A stretch of DNA of 64,000 bases, taken from an uncultured delta proteobacterium. GTDB taxonomy: Bacteria > Desulfobacterota > Binatia > UBA9968. Numbering within the stretch: the stretch's first letter is position 1; every line of letters begins with the position of its first letter. Location: the NCBI GenBank assembly GCA_963727625.1, contig CAVSHR010000009.1, forward strand, positions 352,001 through 416,000, read 5' to 3'. Both the position numbers and the translations under genes were made by a program. Shown one piece after another: positions 13,367-24,305 of the stretch. Below the pieces are notes generated by a model that was not told the origin of the DNA, did no database searches, and saw nothing but the letters and a program-made list of their open reading frames with translations.

Positions 13367-15187
13367 TCAATACTTCTCACTACTAAGCGCACGGTCAAGG
13401 TTAAAGGCGGCGCTGATCAGGCCGAGGTGGGTAAAGGCCTGCGGAAAATTGCCCAACGCTTCGCCGCGATGACTGATTTCTTCGGCGTAAAGTCCGACAT
13501 GATTAGCATAACCGAGCATTTTTTCGAACAGTAAGCGCGCCTCTTCGATTTGCCCGGCGCGGGTCAACGCCTCGACCAACCAGAAACTGCAAATACTAAA
13601 GGCCCCCTCGCGCCCGCTCAGACCGTCCAGAGAATCCGCGTCGCCGAGCCGGTAACGATGCACCAAGCCGTCCAGCGCCAGGCTTTGCCGAGTACGCTCG
13701 ATGGTCCGGAGCATGCGCGGATCCGTCGGCGAAACGAAAAACACCAACGGCATCAAAAGATTACTCGCGTCCAAATCGTCGCTATCGTAAGCCAGCACGA
13801 ACGAATTCGCGCCTTGACGCCAACCTCGCTCCATAATTTCCAGATAAATTTCGTCGCGGTTTTTTAGCCAGCGTTCATAGGGCGCCGGGAAGCTTCTCTT
13901 GCCGGCCAGTCTCAGGCCGCGGTCCATAGCTACCCAGCACATGAGCTTGGAATAGACGTAGTGGCGCGGCTCGCTGCGCATCTCCCAGATGCCGGCGTCG
14001 GGATCCCGCCAGTGCTTGCATACATGCTCCAGTTGGCGCAGCAGCTCGCGCCACAGATCGTAGGAAATCGGCGTGCCGTACTTATTGTAGAGATAAACCG
14101 AATCGAGCAGCTCGCCGTAGATATCGATCTGCGACTGGCAGTAGGCCGCGTTGCCGATGCGCACCGGCTTGGAGCCCCGGTAGCCGTCCAGGTGTTCGAG
14201 CTCCGACTCCGGCAGCTGATGGCGGCCATCGATGCCATAGAACGGTTGCAGCGAGCCGTCGGGTTTGAGCTCGTGGCAGCGCTGTTCGAGCCAACCCATG
14301 AAGCGTTCGGCCTCCTGGCTGAAACCCAAGCGCATCAGACCGTAAATCGTGAAGCTGGCGTCGCGAATCCAGCAGTAGCGGTAATCCCAGTTGCGCACCC
14401 CGCCGGTCTCCTCCGGCAAACTGGTGGTCGGAGCGGCGACAATGGCGCCCGTCGGCTCATAGGTCAGCAGTTTCAAAACCAGCGCCGAACGCTGTACCAT
14501 CTCGCGCCAGCGACCGGTGTAGGCGCATTGCGCAAGCCAGCGCTTCCAAAAGTCCACCGTGCGGCGAAAAGCGTCTTGGCCGCTCTCTTCGGGAATTAGC
14601 AGGTTCGCCTCGCTGCCCTGATCGACTTGGCGCAAATAAAACGTCATCGATTGGCCATGATCGAGTGAAAAGTCGGCTTCCACGCCGCGGCCCGTGACCG
14701 CCAGCGGCACCCGCGACACCAAGCCCACCGACATGAAAGGACTAACGAAGGCCGCGCCTTGCGGAAACAAGTGGACCTCGTGCGCTGCCCGCGCGTAATC
14801 GAATGCCGGGAAACACTCGAGGCAAAAGTGCATGTTGCCTGCCACACTGCTGACGCGCCGGATAATCTGATGGTAGTTGGCTCGCTTGCCTTGCACCGTG
14901 CGCGGTTCGATGGGCATAAAATCGGTAATCTCGGCGATGCCTTCGTCGCCGAAGAAGCGCGTGATCAAGACGTTGGTTTCGGGAATGTAGAGTTGCTTGC
15001 GACGTGGTTCTCCGACCGGGCTAATCTTGAAATAGCCGCCCTTGTGATCATCGAGCAACGCGCCGAAGACGCTCGGCGAATCGAAGTTCGGCAGGCAACA
15101 CCAATCGATGGAGCCGTCGATGCCAACCAACGCGACGGAATGCAAGTCGCCGATGATGCCGTAATTTTCAATCGGTTTGTAGGCCAT
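13367..15187 (-). CDS. Glycoside hydrolase family 15 (trehalase/glucoamylase-like)
   Basis: [36 protein letters not shown] and [10 protein letters not shown] motifs. Confidence 0.92.
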   Translation of the reverse strand: MAYKPIENYGIIGDLHSVALVGIDGSIDWCCLPNFDSPSVFGALLDDHKGGYFKISPVGEPRRKQLYIPETNVLITRFFGDEGIAEITDFMPIEPRTVQGKRANYHQIIRRVSSVAGNMHFCLECFPAFDYARAAHEVHLFPQGAAFVSPFMSVGLVSRVPLAVTGRGVEADFSLDHGQSMTFYLRQVDQGSEANLLIPEESGQDAFRRTVDFWKRWLAQCAYTGRWREMVQRSALVLKLLTYEPTGAIVAAPTTSLPEETGGVRNWDYRYCWIRDASFTIYGLMRLGFSQEAERFMGWLEQRCHELKPDGSLQPFYGIDGRHQLPESELEHLDGYRGSKPVRIGNAAYCQSQIDIYGELLDSVYLYNKYGTPISYDLWRELLRQLEHVCKHWRDPDAGIWEMRSEPRHYVYSKLMCWVAMDRGLRLAGKRSFPAPYERWLKNRDEIYLEIMERGWRQGANSFVLAYDSDDLDASNLLMPLVFFVSPTDPRMLRTIERTRQSLALDGLVHRYRLGDADSLDGLSGREGAFSICSFWLVEALTRAGQIEEARLLFEKMLGYANHVGLYAEEISHRGEALGNFPQAFTHLGLISAAFNLDRALSSEKY

Positions 15188-15373
15188 CCCTGTCTCTGGA
15201 TCGAACCGGCTGGAGCGCAGGCCCGTTGACTGTTTATGTTCAGCCGAGCTGCGCCCTTTTTTAATCCTAGCACATCGACAATTGTCCGCTAGGCAGTTCG
15301 GCGAACAAATTTACCGAGCGTCAGGATCAAGGCTGGTTTAGAGCTTTGCCCCATGGGCACGGCGCGCTGGCCC

Positions 15374-16051
15374 TTAGAGATCGTCCCAGCGTTGCAGCAA
15401 ACCTAGCGTGGATTTAACCCGCGCCGCCGCCGCGGTGCCTAAATGGCGCAGCCGCTCGAGATCGGCAGGCGTATCGACGTCGAACCAGACCGGCAGTTGG
15501 CGCGTCGGTATGTTAAACGCGGCAAGCTTGGCGAGGGTCCGGGCCATCACTTGGTCATGACTCCAGGTCATATTGCGAAAAATTTCCAGCACCGGATCGT
15601 TCATGCCGACGAGATAGTAACCGCCGTCTTGGCTCGGTCCCAAAACCACTCGAGCCGACGGCGCAGCCAGGAACCCGAAGGCCTGGTCTAAATAGTCCAA
15701 GGGAAAAGCTGGCAAGTCGCTGCCGATGAGAACAATGCTCCGATGGCCGCGTGTCCACAGATCGGTAAACACGGCCGCCATACGGACGCCGAGATCTAGT
15801 CCGCGCTGCGCGATCAAGTGAAACTTGGCCCCGGCGATGGCGCTCATCAAAGACCCGGCATTGTCAGGGGCGTAGCAAACATAGCGCTCCACGCCGCTCA
15901 GCTCCTGCAACTGATCGAGCAGATCCAAAAGCAAGGCGCGGCTGAGTTCCGCCGCCTGTGCGCTGGTTAACGGCGGCACCAGGCGAGTCTTAACCGTACC
16001 GGCGATCGGCGCCTTGGCCATCACCGCCAGTGCGTTAGTGTGTGTCGGCAT
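15374..16051 (-). CDS. TIGR04282/DUF2064-type glycosyltransferase-like protein (arsenosugar-cluster associated)
   Basis: MAKAPIAGTVKTRL, QRGLDLG.RM, IGSDLP, GPSQDGGYYLVG and DVDTPADL motifs. Confidence 0.85.
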   Translation of the reverse strand: MPTHTNALAVMAKAPIAGTVKTRLVPPLTSAQAAELSRALLLDLLDQLQELSGVERYVCYAPDNAGSLMSAIAGAKFHLIAQRGLDLGVRMAAVFTDLWTRGHRSIVLIGSDLPAFPLDYLDQAFGFLAAPSARVVLGPSQDGGYYLVGMNDPVLEIFRNMTWSHDQVMARTLAKLAAFNIPTRQLPVWFDVDTPADLERLRHLGTAAAARVKSTLGLLQRWDDL

Positions 16052-16712
16052 AGAATTGCTTTAAGCGCGCCGGCGACACGCCGGCCAGGTAGAGAAGCTT
16101 GAGCGTCCACATTCGGAGCATCGTGCGCCATACTCCGTCGCTCTCCCAGCGCCGCGCCGAGGTCACCGCCCGGCTGCGCAGACAAGCCACGGCGCCGAGG
16201 CGCTTCAGCGTCCGGCAAAAAGCGATGTCCTCCATCAAAGGGATGTCGGGATAGCCGCCCATGCGCTCGAAGACTTCGCGGCGCACGAAAATGGCCTGAT
16301 CACCAGTGCAGACTTTGGTGGCCCGCGAGCGGTAATTGATCATGGCGCCGACGAGCTTGAGCATCCAGTGGGCGCCCTCCAGCTCGACGTCGAAACGGCC
16401 GCCAAGGCAGCGCGGATCGTTCAGCGCCGCTTGGATGTCATGAAACGCCGAAGGCGGCAAGCGTGTGTCGGCATGCAAGAACAGCAGGACCTGGCCGACT
16501 GCCCGTGCCGCGCCGCAATTCATTTGCCGGGCGCGGCCGCGCTCGGAGGTAACGATTTCGACGGCGAATTGCCGGCAAATTTCCACCGTTCGATCCCTGC
16601 TGCCGCCGTCAACGACGATGGTTTCCTGAGGACCGAGCGCGCTCAAGGCACGCAGCGACGATGCAATTGACTTTTCTTCGTTGAGGGCGGGAATAATGAC
16701 GGAGATCTTCAT
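16035..16712 (-). CDS. TIGR04283-type GT2 glycosyltransferase (arsenosugar-cluster associated)
   Basis: ISVIIPALNEE, VDGGS.D, GRARQMN, LFLHADT, GDQAIF, PLMED and TSARRW motifs. Confidence 0.88.
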   Translation of the reverse strand: MKISVIIPALNEEKSIASSLRALSALGPQETIVVDGGSRDRTVEICRQFAVEIVTSERGRARQMNCGAARAVGQVLLFLHADTRLPPSAFHDIQAALNDPRCLGGRFDVELEGAHWMLKLVGAMINYRSRATKVCTGDQAIFVRREVFERMGGYPDIPLMEDIAFCRTLKRLGAVACLRSRAVTSARRWESDGVWRTMLRMWTLKLLYLAGVSPARLKQFYADTH

Positions 16713-16800
16713 CGCCAAAGTCGTGGTCGAGAGTATCGCTGATGCTGTGTCCCGCCAAGGCCGTGGAAAACATCCACTCCGTCAGCGGAACTAAGCTTGC

Positions 16801-17640
16801 TTATGGTTTACCGTCCGCGCCGTTCAGTCGCCAGTCGTAATCATGGGTTAGACCGCCGTTGTATTTCTCCAACGCGTCGGCCAATTTCGGATTGGCGTAC
16901 TTTTGCCAGTGCTCCATCAAACCCTCGGCGTCGCGACCAAAATCCTCCTGAAACCAGACGTAGATGCTCGACACCTTAAGGTGATTATTTTGGATATCCA
17001 CACCGCGCGGATGATTGATGAATTCGCTCGCGCCTTTTTCCAATAACGCTTCTGTGTTCTCGCCGGTAAAAGCCAGCGGTTGAAGATTGGGACAACCGAG
17101 GCTGGCGCAGTTCACCGCGTAATGCACCCGGTTGTCTTTCCAGATCGGCCTGAGAATGCGATGCTCGATATCGTCGAGCGACAGTTTTTCCTCTTCGACG
17201 CTGAAAAGCTTCGCGCCCCAAGGTCCGCGCGTTAAAAATCCCGGCGAGATATTGATGTCGCGAATCGATGCCACCGGGTAGCGCGACAGGACCACGTCCA
17301 CGGTCACAGCGTTGTACACGTTGATCCAGTAGGCTTTTTGCTCGGCGCGGTTGTAATTCGAGATCGCCACGCCGCGCATGGCGTCGAGGTAGCCTTTCAA
17401 TAAATTTACACCCTCCGCGGCCGCGGCTTGATAGCGCACGCGATTGACGCCGGACGGATGCGGCGCGACGACGAATTGCTTGAGAAATTTATCCCAGGCG
17501 CCATGATCGATTTTGGCCGTGCTCGCCGGATCGTGCTTTTGCCAGCGCGGCCACAGATCGGCCTTCGGCGCCGCCTGTGCCATAGCGAAGCCAAGCCCCA
17601 GCGCAACAATCGTCAAAACTCCAATCAAAATTCTTTTCAT
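16801..17640 (-). CDS. DUF547 domain exported protein
   Basis: Signal peptide; AYWINVYNA, LDDIEH.ILR, HYAVNCASLGCP and YDWRLN motifs. Confidence 0.88.
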   Translation of the reverse strand: MKRILIGVLTIVALGLGFAMAQAAPKADLWPRWQKHDPASTAKIDHGAWDKFLKQFVVAPHPSGVNRVRYQAAAAEGVNLLKGYLDAMRGVAISNYNRAEQKAYWINVYNAVTVDVVLSRYPVASIRDINISPGFLTRGPWGAKLFSVEEEKLSLDDIEHRILRPIWKDNRVHYAVNCASLGCPNLQPLAFTGENTEALLEKGASEFINHPRGVDIQNNHLKVSSIYVWFQEDFGRDAEGLMEHWQKYANPKLADALEKYNGGLTHDYDWRLNGADGKP

Positions 17641-17679
17641 GAATACGCCTGACTCCTTGCCCTTGGCGCCTCACCGTTC

Positions 17680-19923
17680 CTACCGCCGCCACGCTAGCCA
17701 TTGCAAGAAAAGCTTCTTCACCGTTGGCGTCAGCTTCGTGCGCATATACGCGTCGCCGATCTTGCGCAGCGCTTCGACTTGCGTCGGATAAGAATGAATC
17801 GTCGAGGAAAGCACGCCGACGCTCTGCTTGGCGACCATCGCCAGCGTCACCTCCCCGAGCATCTCGCCGGCGTGGCGCGCCACGATCGTGCCGCCGAGAA
17901 TCTTACCAGTTTTTCTGTCGTAGTGAACGCGGGCGAAGCCGTCGTCCTCACCGTCGAGCACCGCCCGGTCGACGTCATGCAGCGGCTGGGTGATCGTCGC
18001 GATATCGAAGCCGGCGGCGCGGCCGTCTTTCTCGTAATAACCCACGTGGGCGATTTCCGGGTCGGTATAGGTGCACCAGGGGATCACCAGATCCGTAACT
18101 TTACGCCGCGCCAGGAAGAGCGCATTGGCGATCACGATGCGCGCCATCGCGTCGGCAGCATGGGTGAATTTATAACGCGAGCAAATGTCGCCGGCGGCAA
18201 AAACTCGCGGGTTGGAGGTACGCAGCCGCTCATCCACGTGAACGCCGCGCGTCCAGAAATCGATCCCCGCCGCATCCAAGCCGAGATTTTCGAGATTTGG
18301 CGCGCGCCCGACGGCGACCAAGATTGCGTCGCAATCGATCGTCGCATCGCGCCCGCCTGCCGTGATCGACAAACTTTTAGCGCCGTTGTGCGCTTGCGCC
18401 TGGCGAATCTCGGCGCCGGTGATAATCCGCACGCCGTCCTTTTCTAGAGAGTTACACACGATCGCCGCAGCGTCGCTATCTTCTTTGGGCAAAATCGCGC
18501 TGCCATGAGTCATTAAGACAACTTCACTGCCAAAGCGTTGAAAAGCCTGGGCGAGCTCACAGCCGACCGGCCCCGCACCGATTACCGCCAGGCGGCGCGG
18601 CAACTCGGTCAGCGCAAAGATCGTTTCGTTGGTGTAGAAACCGGCTTCGCTCAAGCCGGCGATCGGCGGCATGGCAGCGCGCGCGCCGGTGGCGATTACG
18701 GCGCGGTGGAAACTAAGGCGCTTGCCGTCGACTTCCACCGCGTCTGGGCCGGTGAAGCGGCCATTGCCGATATAGACGTCGATGCCGAGACTGCGAAAAC
18801 GTTCGGCGGAATCATGGCCGCTGAGATCCGCGCGCAGTTTGCGCATCCGTTCCATGGCAGCGCTGAACGCCACCTGCGGCTCGCTCGCGAGACGAACGCC
18901 GAACTCTTGGCCGTTGCGCGCCTCATAGACCGCGCGCGCCGCGCGAATGATTCCCTTTGACGGGACGCAGCCGCTGTTGAGACAGTCGCCGCCCATAAGA
19001 TTGCGCTCGATGAGCGCCACCTTGGCGCCGAGACCGGCGGCACCGGCAGCGCTGACGAGCCCTGCTGTGCCGGCGCCGATAACGAGCAAATTATATTTTC
19101 CTATGGGCTTAGGGTTGTTCCACTTGGGCGGGTGGCAATTTTCGATCAGCCGGCGATCGTGCACATCATCGACCAGCAGCATGTCGCTGAACGGCGTCGG
19201 TTTGTGATCGGCGTCCAAGCGCGGCTTTGCCATTACCACACCGCCTTCGTTGGATTGCTCGGCTTCACGCAAAGCTTTGCGCGCGACGCGCGTCACCAGC
19301 ACGACCACCGCAAACGTCGCGGCCAGGCCGACGTACTTTAAAAGTTGCTGATAGAAATCGGTTGAAGCCGGCTGGCCGGCCAGCGCGTCGCGCGCCGCCG
19401 CGCCGATATAAACGAAGAGAAACGTCCCGGGCAGCATGCCGAGAAGATTTGCCAGGACATAAGCGCCGGTTCGCACGGCGGTTAGGCCGAGTAGATAATT
19501 GAGCAGCACGAAGGGAAACACCGGACTCAAGCGGGTGAGAAAAACCATTTTGAAGCCCTGCTGGCCGATCGCTTGATCGAGGGAACGAAACTTCGGTTTG
19601 GCTTGGGCCCATTGGGTGACTCTTTCCCGAAGAAATGTGCGGGCTAGCAGGAACGCGCAAAGCGCGCCGAGATTGGCGCCTAGGAAGACGACTAGAAACC
19701 CGATGGACAGTCCAAATAAACCACCGGCGGCAATGGTCAATGCGCTCCCTGGAACGAAGAGTACGGTGGTCACTACGTAAACAATCGCAAAAATCACCGG
19801 ACCGAGCGCGCCCAGACTTTGGATGTAAATTTCCAGGGCTTCTAGCCACTGTCGAACCGGAAGAAATAAAAAACCGACAGCGACAATCACGACCGCTAAA
19901 GCGATGAAAACAGACTTCAACAT
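17680..19923 (-). CDS. TVP38/VTT membrane domain fused to a MerA-like pyridine nucleotide-disulfide oxidoreductase
   Basis: N-terminal RLSPVFPF..LNY membrane domain; GAGTAG, GGDCLNSGCVPSK, GAGPVG and FTHAAD. It lacks the C-terminal CC of a true MerA. Confidence 0.85.
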   Translation of the reverse strand: MLKSVFIALAVVIVAVGFLFLPVRQWLEALEIYIQSLGALGPVIFAIVYVVTTVLFVPGSALTIAAGGLFGLSIGFLVVFLGANLGALCAFLLARTFLRERVTQWAQAKPKFRSLDQAIGQQGFKMVFLTRLSPVFPFVLLNYLLGLTAVRTGAYVLANLLGMLPGTFLFVYIGAAARDALAGQPASTDFYQQLLKYVGLAATFAVVVLVTRVARKALREAEQSNEGGVVMAKPRLDADHKPTPFSDMLLVDDVHDRRLIENCHPPKWNNPKPIGKYNLLVIGAGTAGLVSAAGAAGLGAKVALIERNLMGGDCLNSGCVPSKGIIRAARAVYEARNGQEFGVRLASEPQVAFSAAMERMRKLRADLSGHDSAERFRSLGIDVYIGNGRFTGPDAVEVDGKRLSFHRAVIATGARAAMPPIAGLSEAGFYTNETIFALTELPRRLAVIGAGPVGCELAQAFQRFGSEVVLMTHGSAILPKEDSDAAAIVCNSLEKDGVRIITGAEIRQAQAHNGAKSLSITAGGRDATIDCDAILVAVGRAPNLENLGLDAAGIDFWTRGVHVDERLRTSNPRVFAAGDICSRYKFTHAADAMARIVIANALFLARRKVTDLVIPWCTYTDPEIAHVGYYEKDGRAAGFDIATITQPLHDVDRAVLDGEDDGFARVHYDRKTGKILGGTIVARHAGEMLGEVTLAMVAKQSVGVLSSTIHSYPTQVEALRKIGDAYMRTKLTPTVKKLFLQWLAWRR

Positions 19924-20197
19924 TCGATGACATCGACGCTGTAGAGTAAATGTGGGCACCTTGCGGTTTCAAATAATCGACCCTGGTGGAGCGATGCCTT
20001 TGCGGCTAACTCACAGGGTAGATCCAGTGTGTAAACCCTCCAGTTTGTTATTACGGACAAATCCAGGTTCCGCCTTATCGTCAACGGCCAAGAAGCCAAT
20101 TAGTTCCGTGTTGTGACGGCTCCTAGTTTGATTCAGTGATTTTGCCGCTCGCGAAAACGCTCGTCCTTCGGGTCTCGCGGTGCCTCGGACTGTTTGT

Positions 20198-21910
20198 CTA
20201 CGGAAGAAGTCGCCCTTGCCAGGAAAGCCGAGCGTCGTGGCGCCGTTGCCACTTTAGGGCTGGGACGCAATAGCGCGCTTGCTCGCCGACAGCCTTTAGG
20301 ATCAGCGAATTGATCGACTTATTGCCTTGAAAGAAATGCTCGCGGTAACTGCCGTCGCCGAGAAATCCGTCGGCCCGGTTAAATAGATTCACCCGGAGTT
20401 TGTTGCTTGGCAGATGGTTCTTGCCATACAGGAGATCGCGGAAAGCGGACGGCATCCAGGGGAAAGAAGCATAGAGGGCGCGGATTTCCGCGGCAGCGCG
20501 GTCGATTTCGCACTCATCATCGGGGTTAACCTGCTCGATCAGCGTGTCGATTTTTTCCTGAAGCTGGAAGAAGGGGACAAAACCGCCACCGGCCAACTTG
20601 AGACCGCGCAATTGAGCCAGATAATCGGCGCGGGTTCTCGAGTACAGGCGAGCCATGTTGAGTTTAAGATATTCGAGATAGGCGCCTAATAGCCATAAAA
20701 TGGAGTACACCGACCAGAGTTTGTAATTCGCCCAAGACTTATACGAGTTCGCCGCCAGGCGATCATTCATTTCAACGTAGCGCAGAGTCATTTCCTCAAG
20801 AGGGGCGAATGCCTCCCTGCTGTAATCACCGGTCTGGTGCGCCTTTAGAATCAAATCGGCGGCCAGAATCACACCCATGTGGGTCAGGTACAAACCTTTC
20901 GAATAAAGCGGATCGATAAAACCGGCGGCGTGCGCTAACAAACAAAAGCGATCGCCCACGACGTGCCGCGCCGAATATTGCAGGCGATCGGAGCGTATCC
21001 AAGGACGGACGGCGCGGGCGCGCTTGAACTGCCCGCGAAGATCGGGAAATTGACCGATGAACGCAAAAAATTCTTGCTCAGGAGTAAGATCGGCGCGCAG
21101 CGGGTAAATGCGCGGATCGAGTTGCAAACCCACGCTACATAGAGGATTCGTAGCTTGGGCGTGATTATTGAACGGGATCACCCAGAGCCAGCCGCCTTTG
21201 AAGAGGTGATGCAGCGTCCCTTCACAAAGCCGAAACGGATGACCAAATTGCTCGCGCGAAGCGCCGACTTCGTTAAAACAGGGGACATCGACCATGTGGG
21301 TGTAAATGGTCCGGCTATGGGTCTTTAAGTCGCGGTGCCGCCAAGCGAGTTTTTCGGCTAGCATCGACTTCATGCCTCCCGCGTCGACAAGATACTCGGC
21401 TCGATAGCTCTGCTTATCGGTGGTCAGCTCGACTCCATCGGGCGCCAGGGCGACATCCCGCACCGGAGTACCCTGCAAGATGTCCACTCCGTACGAAATC
21501 GCGATGGCGGTGAGCAGGTAATCTGAATCCTGACGGTAAAGGTGCATCTCATGCCCGTACGGCAATCTGGGGATAACCGCCTGCAAGCTTTTTCGCCAGT
21601 CCTGGCGTTCGCCCGGCTTGTGATACAAGAAGCCGAAGTGCCGCTTTACGCCGTGCGAGGTGCCGACGAGGGAGTAGTAATTTTCCGAGCTGAAGTAGGC
21701 CAGCTCGGGGACGTCATAAAATTCCGCCAGGGCGCGCATCGTTTCGGACGTCTCCAGGATCATTGATTCACCGATTGTAAAACGTGGATGCACGCCTGCT
21801 TCGAACGCGATCACGGACAATCCCTGTCGCGCCAAAACGGCGGCCAGCGTCGAGCCGCCAATCCCGGTACCGATAATTGCCACGTCGTATTTTGAAGTCG
21901 AATTATTCAT
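20198..21910 (-). CDS. Flavin-dependent halogenase, PrnC-like
   Basis: [23 protein letters not shown] (catalytic Lys), [15 protein letters not shown] (WxWxIP) and FIDPLYSKG; length and motif order recall PrnC. Confidence 0.85.
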   Translation of the reverse strand: MNNSTSKYDVAIIGTGIGGSTLAAVLARQGLSVIAFEAGVHPRFTIGESMILETSETMRALAEFYDVPELAYFSSENYYSLVGTSHGVKRHFGFLYHKPGERQDWRKSLQAVIPRLPYGHEMHLYRQDSDYLLTAIAISYGVDILQGTPVRDVALAPDGVELTTDKQSYRAEYLVDAGGMKSMLAEKLAWRHRDLKTHSRTIYTHMVDVPCFNEVGASREQFGHPFRLCEGTLHHLFKGGWLWVIPFNNHAQATNPLCSVGLQLDPRIYPLRADLTPEQEFFAFIGQFPDLRGQFKRARAVRPWIRSDRLQYSARHVVGDRFCLLAHAAGFIDPLYSKGLYLTHMGVILAADLILKAHQTGDYSREAFAPLEEMTLRYVEMNDRLAANSYKSWANYKLWSVYSILWLLGAYLEYLKLNMARLYSRTRADYLAQLRGLKLAGGGFVPFFQLQEKIDTLIEQVNPDDECEIDRAAAEIRALYASFPWMPSAFRDLLYGKNHLPSNKLRVNLFNRADGFLGDGSYREHFFQGNKSINSLILKAVGEQARYCVPALKWQRRHDARLSWQGRLLP

Positions 21911-22139
21911 CGCGCCCGTTTTGCGTGACCATTGTTTTTGCGAACGGGGAATTTTTATCCTCTACGATGCCTTGTCCGTCACCGAAGCCGGCAGCAAGAG
22001 TGAAATCGATCCGAAACCAAACACCGCTGTCGGAGCGCGTCGCACATTTGTAGGCGCGTGAGCGTCAATCTGCTCAGATAGAACACCTTCTGTCCCGCTC
22101 GCAATCAGCATCGGCTTTTACGGTCGCGATCAGTAAGAC

Positions 22140-23261
22140 CTAAGCGAAGCTTCGCAACAGGATAAAACTTGCTGCTGAAAGTAGCGCGGCGGCGGGGAGA
22201 GTCAACACCCACGCTAATAGAATCGTCCGGATCGTCTGCCATTGCGCCCGTCCATTGGCGATCCCGATGCCGAAGAGCGCACCGCAGGACACATGGGTCG
22301 TCGATACCGGCATGCCCCATTTGGAGGCGAAAATTACCAGAAAACTAGTGACCAGATTAGCCCAGAGTCCGTGATCGGGTTCCATGCCGGTAATTTTCTT
22401 GCTGACCGTCTGCGCCACCGCTCTGGCGTTGAGTAAGCCGCCCAGCGCCATCGTCGCGGCGACCAGTTGGATGGAAAAGCGCAAATTCAACGTCCCGGCG
22501 ACCAGCCCGAGTGCGACGATCTTCGGCGTATCGTTGAGCCCGCGCGCGAAGCTGACGGCGCCCGCGCTAAAAAAATGACCGGCGTCGAGCAGCTTCCGGC
22601 CATTGATACCGAGTATCTTCCCTGACTGCGGCTGGGCACAAACCGCTTCGCGATCCACGATCACGCGTAAACCGGGCGTTGTCTCGACGAAGGAGAGGCC
22701 TTCGGCAGAGACCATGGCCGGAGTCCCGGCTTCGACGCATAAGCAATTTTCCCGGTTGAGACCGGCTCGCTTGAGGACGAAGCTCAGTAATGGAAAGCCC
22801 AAACTGGCGATCGCCACGGCACATAACGGACTGATCAATAGCGGCATCATAAATTTTACCGCCAGCGCCTTGAAGCCGAGGTCGAGGCCGACTGCGACCA
22901 GGCCGGTGCCGAAAAGCGCGCCGGTCAGACTATGGGTGGTCGAGATCGGCATGCCGAACTTGGTGGCGAGCATGACGGTCAACGCCGCGCCCAACACCAC
23001 GGCAGCGATAAACGGCTCGGACTCGGCGAGTTGCGCCGGCACCAATCCCTTGCCCTGAAAGACTGAAATCAGCTTGGTGGCGAGAAACAATGCGGCCAAG
23101 GATCCCGCGAAAGTCGTGATCGTCGCCCAGCCAAGCGCCCTGCGGTAATCCGTCGCGCCGCTGCCGAAGAGCGTCGCCACGCCTTTGAAATTATCGTTGG
23201 CGCCGTTGGCATAAGCGACAAAAAGTGTCGCGCCGATTACCATGACCGTCAAATCAAACAT
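22140..23261 (-). CDS. PiT-family inorganic phosphate/anion transporter
   Basis: NGANDN, PISTTH, GLNDTPK and PVSTTH signature repeats. Confidence 0.88.
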   Translation of the reverse strand: MFDLTVMVIGATLFVAYANGANDNFKGVATLFGSGATDYRRALGWATITTFAGSLAALFLATKLISVFQGKGLVPAQLAESEPFIAAVVLGAALTVMLATKFGMPISTTHSLTGALFGTGLVAVGLDLGFKALAVKFMMPLLISPLCAVAIASLGFPLLSFVLKRAGLNRENCLCVEAGTPAMVSAEGLSFVETTPGLRVIVDREAVCAQPQSGKILGINGRKLLDAGHFFSAGAVSFARGLNDTPKIVALGLVAGTLNLRFSIQLVAATMALGGLLNARAVAQTVSKKITGMEPDHGLWANLVTSFLVIFASKWGMPVSTTHVSCGALFGIGIANGRAQWQTIRTILLAWVLTLPAAALLSAASFILLRSFA

Positions 23262-23277
23262 CTCACGTGCACCTCAA

Positions 23278-24237
23278 TCAGACCAACGAGCCACCGCAGC
23301 TGCTGCCTGCGCCCGCCGTGCAGGCGTAGCAGTGATCGCCGGTGATAATTTCTCGCTGAGCGACTTGCTCCGGAGTCAAAGAAGAGATCGTCAAACGCGC
23401 GCCGCTGCCGTCGCTGAGCGGCAGATCAAGCATCTGGTTAAAGTCGCAGTCGTACACCGAGCCCTCCCAGCCGACGCTGATCAAATTGCGACACATCACC
23501 TGCTCCAGCGTCGCGGCGTTGAAGCTGCTTTCCAGTAATTCCAAATAGCGGTCGTACTCGCCACGCAACTTGAGATGAATCGCGTAGCGGGTGATCGGCA
23601 TGTTGGTTAGGCAGTAAAGATGATTGAACATAATGCCGAACTTTTCAGCGAGCATTCGTGCATAGTCCTGCTCCAACTTCGCTTGCGGCGGCGGCAAGTG
23701 CGGGCCGACCGGATTGTAGACCAGATTCAAGACCAGGCCGGCGTCGGCTTGGCCGTAACCGATTTCGTTTAACCGCTGCAGGGCACGGATGCTGGCATCG
23801 AAAGTCCCCTTGCCGCGCTGTTTGTCGACGTTTTCTTCGGAATAACAGGGCAAGGAACAAATCAGCTCGACCCCATGCTCTTTAAAAAACGCCGGTAGAT
23901 ATTCCTTACCGGGCTCGAAAATGACGGTTAGATTGCAGCGGTCCATCACGTGGCGGCCGAGGCGCCGCGCTGCTGTGACTAAATAATCGAAATCGGCATG
24001 CAGCTCCGGCGCGCCGCCGGTGAGATCCAAGGTTGGAATCTCGCTGCGCGCAAGAAAACCCAAGACTGCCTCGACGTTCTCCCGGCTCATCATCTCCTTG
24101 CGCGCCGGCCCCGACTCGACGTGGCAGTGAATGCAGGCGAGATTGCAGTAACGTCCCAGGTTGACTTGAAGAACGTCGACCGCGCGGCGCTTAAGGCTCC
24201 CGCCGCACTCAGAAAGTTTTTCGACGAAACTTTGCAT
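23278..24237 (-). CDS. arsS: Arsenosugar biosynthesis radical SAM protein (Cys form)
   Basis: LQVNLGRYCNLACIHCHV, LTGGAPE, SLPCY, YDCDFNQML and C-terminal CYACTAGAGSSCGG. Confidence 0.85.
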   Translation of the reverse strand: MQSFVEKLSECGGSLKRRAVDVLQVNLGRYCNLACIHCHVESGPARKEMMSRENVEAVLGFLARSEIPTLDLTGGAPELHADFDYLVTAARRLGRHVMDRCNLTVIFEPGKEYLPAFFKEHGVELICSLPCYSEENVDKQRGKGTFDASIRALQRLNEIGYGQADAGLVLNLVYNPVGPHLPPPQAKLEQDYARMLAEKFGIMFNHLYCLTNMPITRYAIHLKLRGEYDRYLELLESSFNAATLEQVMCRNLISVGWEGSVYDCDFNQMLDLPLSDGSGARLTISSLTPEQVAQREIITGDHCYACTAGAGSSCGGSLV

Positions 24238-24305
24238 AGTGACGCGAGAGGAGTTGATTTTTATCGGTACCGTTTTTAATTTTCAAATTTTCAATTCTTA
24301 ATTTC

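Noticed and set aside
17680-19923. Mercuric reductase merA
   Set aside because: No C-terminal Cys-Cys and no mer genes; the TVP38 fusion is typical of arsS-associated clusters.
23278-23330. Selenocysteine readthrough in ArsS
   Set aside because: The C-terminal motif has Cys (GSSCGG); the TGA is a normal stop.
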